A stretch of DNA of 43,061 bases from an uncultured Candidatus Peribacteria bacterium (GTDB lineage: Bacteria; Patescibacteriota; Gracilibacteria; UBA4473): positions 1 to 43,061 of the forward strand of contig CAYXXA010000004.1 of the NCBI GenBank assembly GCA_964468965.1. Direction: 5' to 3'. Below the pieces are notes generated by a model. The model was not told where the DNA came from. It was given only the letters and a program-made list of their open reading frames with translations, and did no database searches. This document shows positions 36,501 through 43,061 of this stretch, piece after piece. A program made the translations under genes and the position numbers. Positions within the stretch are counted from its first letter, which is position 1. The number at the start of each line of letters is the position of its first letter.

Positions 36501-37118
36501 TTAAATATTAGCCACCATGCTTATACGCCAAATAGTATAATCTGCTAAAGATGAAGCTTCGGTAACGTGTTTTTTTTGTAATATTCTATCATAATAATCC
36601 GCAAGTCGAGCCAAGTTGTTTTCCGCATGAACCGATATTTTTTTCAAATATTTATCATCATCACTCCCTATGACTTCCTCTATAGCTTGTTGATTATCCT
36701 CTGCTCTTTGTATCAATACCTCTTCTACTAGCTCTAATTGAAGTTCCCCCGCCTTATTCTTTAACTCTTCAAACATCATCAAAAGAGCATCTAAATAACG
36801 CTGTACCACTGACGTCTCTCTCCTAAAGTTTTTTATAAAGGATATTTGATCCAGTTCTTCCTGAGAAAGCTTTTTCCAACCTTTTTCCTCTGGATTCAAT
36901 GAAATAAGTTTAACCCATATTTGTAAAAACAAAGATGAAAAATGTTCTTTCTCGTTAACTTCCTGAAAACGTTTTACCATTAGTTTAACTACCCACTCGC
37001 GATCCTGCTCAAAATCAGGATATGGGTCACCACTCCCCCAACCACCATACTCTTTTCCTTCATTTAAAAAAATAAATTTAGCATTTATTTGGTTTCCATT
37101 CCTTGAAATAATTTTCAT
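36501..37118 (-). CDS. Hypothetical cytoplasmic protein (205 aa)
   Basis: ATG-initiated ORF with no hydrophobic segments. It has a GGWGSGDPYPDFEQDREW segment and then a helical region. No motif recognised. Confidence 0.6.
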   Translation of the reverse strand: MKIISRNGNQINAKFIFLNEGKEYGGWGSGDPYPDFEQDREWVVKLMVKRFQEVNEKEHFSSLFLQIWVKLISLNPEEKGWKKLSQEELDQISFIKNFRRETSVVQRYLDALLMMFEELKNKAGELQLELVEEVLIQRAEDNQQAIEEVIGSDDDKYLKKISVHAENNLARLADYYDRILQKKHVTEASSLADYTIWRISMVANI

Positions 37119-37295
37119 ACCTTTACGTTATATTTATTTTCATAAGATCAGAGTAAGCTCAAAAGATATATTACATTTTCACAGCCATTCTCAATGTGTA
37201 TTAAAAACATATTAATAATAATGTCAAATTCATTTTCTCCGAGAAAACACACCATCAAAGTGTCTCTATCTTACTATTTCACAAATTTACGATCA

Positions 37296-39089
37296 CTACC
37301 GATTTCGTTTTCGATCATTTTCCGTGAGAAACTTTTTTCGTAATCGAATATTTTTTGGTGTTACCTCTACATATTCATCTTCTTTGATATACTCAAGGGA
37401 TTTTTCAAGCGTTACCTTAATGGGTGGCACAAGATTGATCGCATCATCCGCTCCCGAAGATCGAACATTAGTCAGCTGTTTTCCCTTGATCGGATTCACG
37501 GTTAGATCAGAGCCTTGGTTGTGTTCTCCGATAATCATCCCTTCATAAACTTCTGTTGCAGGATCAACAAAAATCGCCCCTCGTTCTTGTAGTTTCCAGA
37601 GAGAGAAAGCCGTTGTCGTCCCCGTTTCACCTGAAATAAGCGAACCTACTTGTCGTTTTTCAATCGCTCCCACGTGTGGCGCAAAATGAGAAAACGAATT
37701 AAATAGTGTCCCCTCTCCCTTGGTAAGAATAATAAAATTTGATCGAATCCCCAGCAGTCCTCGTGCTGGAATTTCAAACTCCAACATCGTTGTCCCATTT
37801 TCCGTCACCATATTTTTCATTTCCCCCTTTCGTTTTGACATCATTTCGATAATTTTCCCACCATTTTCTTCTGGAACATTAATCACGACGTTTTCGATCG
37901 GCTCGTGAACTTGTCCATCAATTTCTTGGAAAACCACTTCTGGTTGTGAAACCTGCAGTTCAAACCCTTCACGACGCATCGTTTCGATCAAAACGGCTAA
38001 GTGCATTTCACCTCGCCCAAGGACTTTGATCTTATCGGCATTTTCCGAAAACTCTATTTTCAGTCCTACATTGGTTTCGAGTTCTTTTTCCAATCGATCT
38101 CGTATCTGTCGAGAAGTAACATACTTCCCTTCTTTTCCCGCAAAAGGGGAATCATTCACCATAAAATACATAGCAAGAGAAGGTGGATCAACCTTAATCG
38201 CTGGCAGTGGCTCAACCGTATCATCCCCCGCAATCGTCTCTCCCACAAAAATATCCGTAATTCCAGCAATCGCTACAATATCACCTGCTTCAACTTCATT
38301 CGTTTCCACTCGTTCCATTCCCTGAAAGGTAAACAGTTTTGAGATTTTACCCGTTCGCTTTTTCCCATTGGCATTAAGAATAGTGACCATTTGGTTAACT
38401 TTGGCTTTTCCCTCATGAACTCGTCCAACCGCGATTCGTCCAAGGAAATTATCATACGCTAACGTCGCTGGTTGCATTCGGAAAACCGCTTCTGTGTTTT
38501 GCTCCGCCTTTGGAACATGTTCGAGTATAAAATCTAAAAGAGGCGTTATATCCTTTTTTTCATCAGAAAGTTCTTTTATCGCTACCCCATCACGAGCCAC
38601 CGCATACATGTAGGGAAAATCAAGTTGTTCATCCGTCGCTCCTAATTTTGCAAAGAGGTCAAATACTTGATCAATCACCCAATCTGGTCGACTAGCGGGC
38701 TTATCTATTTTATTCACTACCACACATACCTTTTTCCCAAGTGCCAAAGACTTTTGTAAAACAAATTTTGTCTGAGGCATAGGACCTTCATAGGCGTCCA
38801 CGATCAAGAACGTGACATCAACCGTTCGCAGTACTCGCTCCACTTCCGAACCAAAGTCCGCATGTCCGGGGGTATCCACAATATTTATCTTTGTTCCCTT
38901 GTACTCGATCGCTGCATTTTTTGCATAGATCGTAATCCCCCGCTCTTGTTCTTGATCATTACTATCCATCGCTCGTTCTGCCACTTGCGTGTGAGCGTCT
39001 TTCTTTTCGTCCGCTTTGAGTAAGGCATCGACAAGGGTTGTCTTTCCGTGATCCACGTGAGCAATGATAGCGATATTTCTGATGTCCAT
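37296..39089 (-). CDS. typA: Translational GTPase TypA/BipA
   Basis: [27 protein letters not shown] and NKIDK G-motifs, plus an EF-G-like domain II/III/V arrangement and the BipA-specific C-terminal domain. Confidence 0.95.
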   Translation of the reverse strand: MDIRNIAIIAHVDHGKTTLVDALLKADEKKDAHTQVAERAMDSNDQEQERGITIYAKNAAIEYKGTKINIVDTPGHADFGSEVERVLRTVDVTFLIVDAYEGPMPQTKFVLQKSLALGKKVCVVVNKIDKPASRPDWVIDQVFDLFAKLGATDEQLDFPYMYAVARDGVAIKELSDEKKDITPLLDFILEHVPKAEQNTEAVFRMQPATLAYDNFLGRIAVGRVHEGKAKVNQMVTILNANGKKRTGKISKLFTFQGMERVETNEVEAGDIVAIAGITDIFVGETIAGDDTVEPLPAIKVDPPSLAMYFMVNDSPFAGKEGKYVTSRQIRDRLEKELETNVGLKIEFSENADKIKVLGRGEMHLAVLIETMRREGFELQVSQPEVVFQEIDGQVHEPIENVVINVPEENGGKIIEMMSKRKGEMKNMVTENGTTMLEFEIPARGLLGIRSNFIILTKGEGTLFNSFSHFAPHVGAIEKRQVGSLISGETGTTTAFSLWKLQERGAIFVDPATEVYEGMIIGEHNQGSDLTVNPIKGKQLTNVRSSGADDAINLVPPIKVTLEKSLEYIKEDEYVEVTPKNIRLRKKFLTENDRKRNR

Positions 39090-39148
39090 AATGATTGTAG
39101 GTTTAAAAGTTATGTGTTTTCAGCCACCACCAAAAACAAGTCTACCAT

Positions 39149-39176
39149 TTTCTACTTAAGGATTAGCAATTGTCAA
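39149..39176 (-). promoter_or_regulatory. Possible typA promoter TTGACA-16-TAGAAA
   Basis: On the minus strand TTGACA lies at 39171-39176 and TAGAAA at 39149-39154. Confidence 0.45.
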
Positions 39177-39192
39177 AAGGGAACGGTTTAAT

Positions 39193-40029
39193 TTATCCCT
39201 TTTTTAAGTCATTAAGTTTCACCTGAAGATAATCTAAAGCTTTTTCATAATACTCTTCTAGTGGTAAATCTGACTTCCCGATAGAATCCATAACTATCCC
39301 AATAGTATCAGCTTCATTTCTTCGAACCCCCTCACCCCTCTCAAGTTCTTGTTTGATATTTTTGAGTAGATTGAAACTCTTACGTACAAAATTTATAGTA
39401 GTACTTTCTACACCGAACTTCATACTATTACTTAATTCATTAATGTTTATTGTATAATTTATCTTATTTACCGCTACATCAAAACGATGCCCAAACCCAT
39501 CTTGTCCAAAGTACCGTGCTAACTCAGCATAGTACTCTTTAATACTACCAGCTTCAATCGTAAAATCTACTTTAGCCGATGTCTGTTGCGTTAGATCTGG
39601 TAATAATTTCGGCGGTGAGTCTTTATGTTTTTTTTCAGCATCATCTTTAACTAATGCATTATACCGCTTCTTAAAATAATCATAACTTTCAAATAAATAG
39701 CCCGCCTCCATGTCTCCCAAATTTTTGATATAATAATCCAAATCATCATAAAGATCAGCGACCTCTTCTGTATCCATTGATGAGTTATTTACAACTTCTC
39801 GCAGATCCAAGTGTAAGTGCATACTGTTATAAAATACATCCATAGCGTCCGTAATTTCTCTTTCTGAAAGAGGGGGCATAGATTGACGTTCCTTTGCTCT
39901 TAAAGTAGCAAAGGCAAGACGTTCCTCATCAGTCAACCGCTTTGTCACGGATTGGTAATGACGCAAGCCCAAATCGGCAAACCCATTAGGCTTTCCCCAT
40001 TTTTTCGGCCATTTCCATTTTTCACTCAT
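39193..40029 (-). CDS. Hypothetical cytoplasmic protein (278 aa from the ATG)
   Basis: The listed ORF starts at a TTG (40032); the ATG is the next codon (MSEKWKWPKKWGKPNGF...). It has no TM segment or signal peptide, and no motif recognised. Confidence 0.6.
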   Translation of the reverse strand: MSEKWKWPKKWGKPNGFADLGLRHYQSVTKRLTDEERLAFATLRAKERQSMPPLSEREITDAMDVFYNSMHLHLDLREVVNNSSMDTEEVADLYDDLDYYIKNLGDMEAGYLFESYDYFKKRYNALVKDDAEKKHKDSPPKLLPDLTQQTSAKVDFTIEAGSIKEYYAELARYFGQDGFGHRFDVAVNKINYTININELSNSMKFGVESTTINFVRKSFNLLKNIKQELERGEGVRRNEADTIGIVMDSIGKSDLPLEEYYEKALDYLQVKLNDLKKG

Positions 40030-40093
40030 CAATAGTATTAAATAACTTTATATAAAATTGTCAATAAAATTTATAACCAAAAAGATATCTCCA

Positions 40094-40102
40094 TGCTAAA
40101 AT
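40094..40102 (+). promoter_or_regulatory. Possible extended -10 element TGCTAAAAT, 7 nt upstream of the ATG
   Basis: TGC lies at 40094-40096, TAAAAT at 40097-40102, and the ATG at 40110. No good -35 box is present. Confidence 0.35.
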
Positions 40103-40109
40103 ATAAAAA

Positions 40110-40706
40110 ATGAAAATACATACTTTGGCTCGAACATTTGTCGTACTACTGATTTTCAGTTTTGGGATTCTGGTTTTTCCTACGACTTTTGCCGATGTTA
40201 TGCAATGTCCAGATTTACCAATTTTTGACACCGAAACACAATGTGGAAAAGCTGGTTTTTTTGAAAAAGACGGTCCAACCTATATTCGTGCGATAAATAA
40301 AAACTTTGACCAAAAACTAGACCTCGTTTTCCGTGACAACATCGCCCATCCGACCGCGGTTACCAAGGAAATAATACAAGACCTTGAGGTCTACCACCAG
40401 TGTTTTGTCGCCCTCTGTAATGCTATCATACAGCAGTGTGCTCAATCTTCTCTTGGTGGCATTCCTCAACAAGAATACGACTGGTGTCAATCAAAACAAG
40501 ATCAATTCTTCATGCTCCAACAGGCTAAAATAGAATACTATGTCGTTCAGAATACTTCACGAAAATCGCGTTCACTTTTTGAAGAAAAAGTTGCACGAAT
40601 CGGGTATCGGTTTAGCCAATACATTCACTCTTCCTCACGTGACATCATCCGTTCTCTCAAAAAAATGAAATCCAATATTTCCATCCTGATTCGATATCCA
40701 CTCTAA
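40110..40706 (+). CDS. Hypothetical secreted Cys-containing protein (198 aa)
   Basis: Signal peptide MKIHTLARTFVVLLIFSFGILVFPTTFA. The mature part has seven Cys (CPDLP...QCGK, CFVALCNAIIQQC, WC), suggesting disulfide bonds. No motif recognised. Confidence 0.6.
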   Translation: MKIHTLARTFVVLLIFSFGILVFPTTFADVMQCPDLPIFDTETQCGKAGFFEKDGPTYIRAINKNFDQKLDLVFRDNIAHPTAVTKEIIQDLEVYHQCFVALCNAIIQQCAQSSLGGIPQQEYDWCQSKQDQFFMLQQAKIEYYVVQNTSRKSRSLFEEKVARIGYRFSQYIHSSSRDIIRSLKKMKSNISILIRYPL

Positions 40707-40718
40707 AAGAATTTATTA

Positions 40719-42773
40719 CTACTTGATCCGACTCAGTCGATAAATCACATCAGCCGCCTCTCCTCGAGTGATAGGTTTATTAGGCTTCATCATACGATAA
40801 CCAAGTGTTTGCAATAACTGATGTTTTTTCACAAAAACAAAGTACTTCGCGTACCAGTCGGTCTGCCTTACATCTTTATACGGATCGTTATTAACCTGAT
40901 CTGTTACTTCAAACCCAGCCGAGAGAATCGCCATTTTTATAAATTCTGCCCGTGTTACATCACGCCCTGGACGAAAAGTTCCATCCCGATACCCTTTCAC
41001 AATATTACGAGCCACGGCCGTTCCGACATATTTCCAAAACCAGCTTCCAGACGATACATCAGGGAAAGATACTGCCTGTGGTTTTAACGGAATAGCGTTG
41101 GAAACGAGAATAATTTTCAACGCTTCAACTCTGTTTAGACTATCTTCTGGTTTAAAAGTTCCGTCTTGGTATCCCTTTACAACGCCCTTATCCCGGAGAA
41201 ATTTGATAGCCTTAGCGTACTTGTAGTCATTCGCAACATCTTTAAATATTTCTGGACGAAGACTTGGTGATTTTATCTCCCCAAAATCCCCTCTTGCCAC
41301 CAACCGAAAAGTATATGGCGAATCGGTCTCTACCGTCACCTTCGCTCGACCACTTTTGTCAAAGTCTTGCTTGTATAATTTATGAGGCGTCACCTTCGCT
41401 CGATTTTTTAACGTTGATGACACTTCAATCCCCGCACTTGCCACTAAGGCCTCTTTATTTATCCGAAGTGATATAACCTCTGGCTTACCTGGAGTAAAGT
41501 GACGATCGGTTTCAAATTTCATATCCAAAAGTCCCGCACGTGTTTTGGCTACTACGGTCGGTTGTTTTTTTATTATTTTTTGCGGTACTGGTTCTGGTTT
41601 TTTTGTTGCTGGCTGCTTGGAAACTGGCTCTACTTCTTTTTTAATAGTAATGGGTTTCGCCTTTTTTTCTTTCACGATGACAGGATCTTTTTTAATAACT
41701 TTAATCACTCCTTCGTTTGGAGCTTTTTTGGTTTTTTCAACTGCTTTTATAATCTTTTCATCCGTTGATACGACTAAATTATTAGGCGTGGTATAGTTCT
41801 GAAAACGAGTAACAAAGTTGAGTGGATGCACGGTGTATTTCTTAGCATTGGCCTGTCCCACCGCATGACGAACTCCATCAAAATAGGAGTGATACCCAGC
41901 ACGCTGAACATCCTTCCAGCTAAACGGCCAATAAGGATGAAAAGGCGCATCAACCCGATCAATTTGAAAGTGAACGTGCGGAGCTGTCGCCATGCCCGTA
42001 TTTCCTACTTTCCCAATAATTTGCCCCTTAGTAACAATCTGTCCTTCTTTCACGAGAATTTTCGACATATGAGCATAATTAGAAATAAGGGTTGTTTTAA
42101 CCGCTGTATTTTGAGGATCAGGAATACCAACATGAGCAATAGACACAAACTTTCCAAACCCTGTCGGCTGATTCCCCGTCTTGTAGACAACTCCGCTTGC
42201 CATCGCTCGTATAGGCGTTCCGATAGGGGCTTTAATATCGACACCAGGATGTGATCCCGTTCCTTCCGTCCCATCAAGACGATAGTTTCCTAGATTGGGT
42301 ACAGGGTAAGTAACATAAGCGTTTCGCTCTTTAGCATTGGTAGGCGACCAAACCATCCCCTTTTTAAAATCAGATAAATTATAATCAGGCGTTTTGATAA
42401 ACTTGGACTTCGGAATCTGATCGTAAGTCATTTTTCTTTCCGCTTCAGTCAAGTCTGACCAATTTGGTACTTTTTCAATAGGATTAACCGTACCCGTAAA
42501 TTTTGTCTGTGGAATATTAACCAAACTCGCTCGAAAAAAGTAAGCGTACTCTTTTAAAAAATTGGCATTTAGCACAGAAAGCAAGAGCAAACTCAGTACC
42601 AAAGCGGTTGATGGTTTTGAAAAGACCGCGTACCACGTCAATACGTCATCTTCTCGTGGCGAAGAAGTCACTTTTTGGGGTTTAATAAATAAACGTTTTC
42701 CGAGCCTAAAGGCTATCACCAAACCAATCAGCTCTATAAATTTTTTCATTATATTGTGTAAAAATCTGATCAT
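40719..42773 (-). CDS. M23 (LytM-type) metallopeptidase with Lys/Pro-rich linker and three C-terminal SLH domains
   Basis: M23 motifs: GSHPGVDIKAPIGTPI (HxxxD), GFGKFVSIAH and GNTGMATAPHVHFQI (HxH). Three C-terminal repeats follow the pattern F.DV.....Y/W....V..G...GY.DGTF(K/R)P...(L/V)(N/T)R.E, typical of S-layer homology domains. It has an N-terminal TM anchor. An alternative start is at the ATG at 42749. Confidence 0.85.
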   Translation of the reverse strand: MIRFLHNIMKKFIELIGLVIAFRLGKRLFIKPQKVTSSPREDDVLTWYAVFSKPSTALVLSLLLLSVLNANFLKEYAYFFRASLVNIPQTKFTGTVNPIEKVPNWSDLTEAERKMTYDQIPKSKFIKTPDYNLSDFKKGMVWSPTNAKERNAYVTYPVPNLGNYRLDGTEGTGSHPGVDIKAPIGTPIRAMASGVVYKTGNQPTGFGKFVSIAHVGIPDPQNTAVKTTLISNYAHMSKILVKEGQIVTKGQIIGKVGNTGMATAPHVHFQIDRVDAPFHPYWPFSWKDVQRAGYHSYFDGVRHAVGQANAKKYTVHPLNFVTRFQNYTTPNNLVVSTDEKIIKAVEKTKKAPNEGVIKVIKKDPVIVKEKKAKPITIKKEVEPVSKQPATKKPEPVPQKIIKKQPTVVAKTRAGLLDMKFETDRHFTPGKPEVISLRINKEALVASAGIEVSSTLKNRAKVTPHKLYKQDFDKSGRAKVTVETDSPYTFRLVARGDFGEIKSPSLRPEIFKDVANDYKYAKAIKFLRDKGVVKGYQDGTFKPEDSLNRVEALKIILVSNAIPLKPQAVSFPDVSSGSWFWKYVGTAVARNIVKGYRDGTFRPGRDVTRAEFIKMAILSAGFEVTDQVNNDPYKDVRQTDWYAKYFVFVKKHQLLQTLGYRMMKPNKPITRGEAADVIYRLSRIK

Positions 42774-43006
42774 TATACCAAATTTTCAGTAAAATTTCAA
42801 CGAAAAAGCTTGAATCAAATTTAAAAATATCTAACATTCTTTGGCTCTTTTAGGAAATGTGTTTTGTTCCCCGAACAAAAGCGGAGAGTGGCTTAAAATT
42901 TAATCTGAAATTGCCACACGTTTTTACGAGGAAATAAGGCGGTAATGTAAGTCATGTAGTCATTGAACAACGTACGATTACAAAATAAAAAACTACCGAC
43001 AACAGA

Positions 43007-43061
43007 GCACGCGTAGCTCAGCTGGATAGAGCACCGGTCTTCGGAACCGGGTGTCGGGGGT
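43007..43061 (+). tRNA. tRNA-Arg (anticodon UCG), 3' end truncated by the window edge
   Basis: Acceptor 5' arm GCACGCG, D arm GCTC-AGCTGGATA-GAGC, anticodon arm CCGGT-CTTCGGA-ACCGG, variable GTGTC, and the T stem begins GGGGG. The rest lies outside the window. Confidence 0.8.

Noticed and set aside
36317-36511. 64-aa plus-strand ORF bridging the 3' ends of the two convergent genes.
   Set aside because: It overlaps the last codons of the 841-aa gene and the stop region of the 205-aa gene. It has no promoter-like sequence and a composition typical of intergenic AT-rich DNA.

Overview
This 43-kb window comes from a low-GC, gene-dense bacterial chromosome with short spacers and several overlapping or abutting genes. 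I call about 46 protein genes and two tRNA-Arg genes, one cut by the window end. I saw no rRNA, CRISPR array, transposase or integrase. The backbone is housekeeping: fmt (partial), hisS, recR, sufB, pyrG, ruvB, mltG, ybaB, gyrB, ppa, miaA, pdxS/pdxT, rpsA and typA. It is interleaved with cell-envelope genes and many small secreted or membrane orphans. The standard genetic code applies, since TGA is used as a stop and long housekeeping ORFs are uninterrupted. Shine-Dalgarno motifs are almost absent, and several orphan genes have promoter -10 boxes only 5-7 nt from their ATG. The overall picture resembles a reduced, host-dependent genome such as Patescibacteria/CPR, but that is unverified inference. 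No known defence or mobile system is recognisable. The items most worth follow-up are: (1) an orphan operon at 33.2-36.3 kb ending in an 841-aa glycine-zipper membrane protein; (2) an islet at 10.1-13.4 kb, wedged between a half-size carB and pyrG, holding a leaderless small gene, a signal-peptide-less three-activity peptidoglycan hydrolase and a RelE/ParE-type toxin-antitoxin pair; (3) a 116-nt nested inverted repeat at 16.44-16.56 kb; (4) an orphan class II-type PurE and a stand-alone C-terminal-half CarB; (5) an SLH-anchored M23 peptidase together with a CsaB-like pyruvyltransferase. All protein calls rest on motif recognition by eye; no database search was possible.
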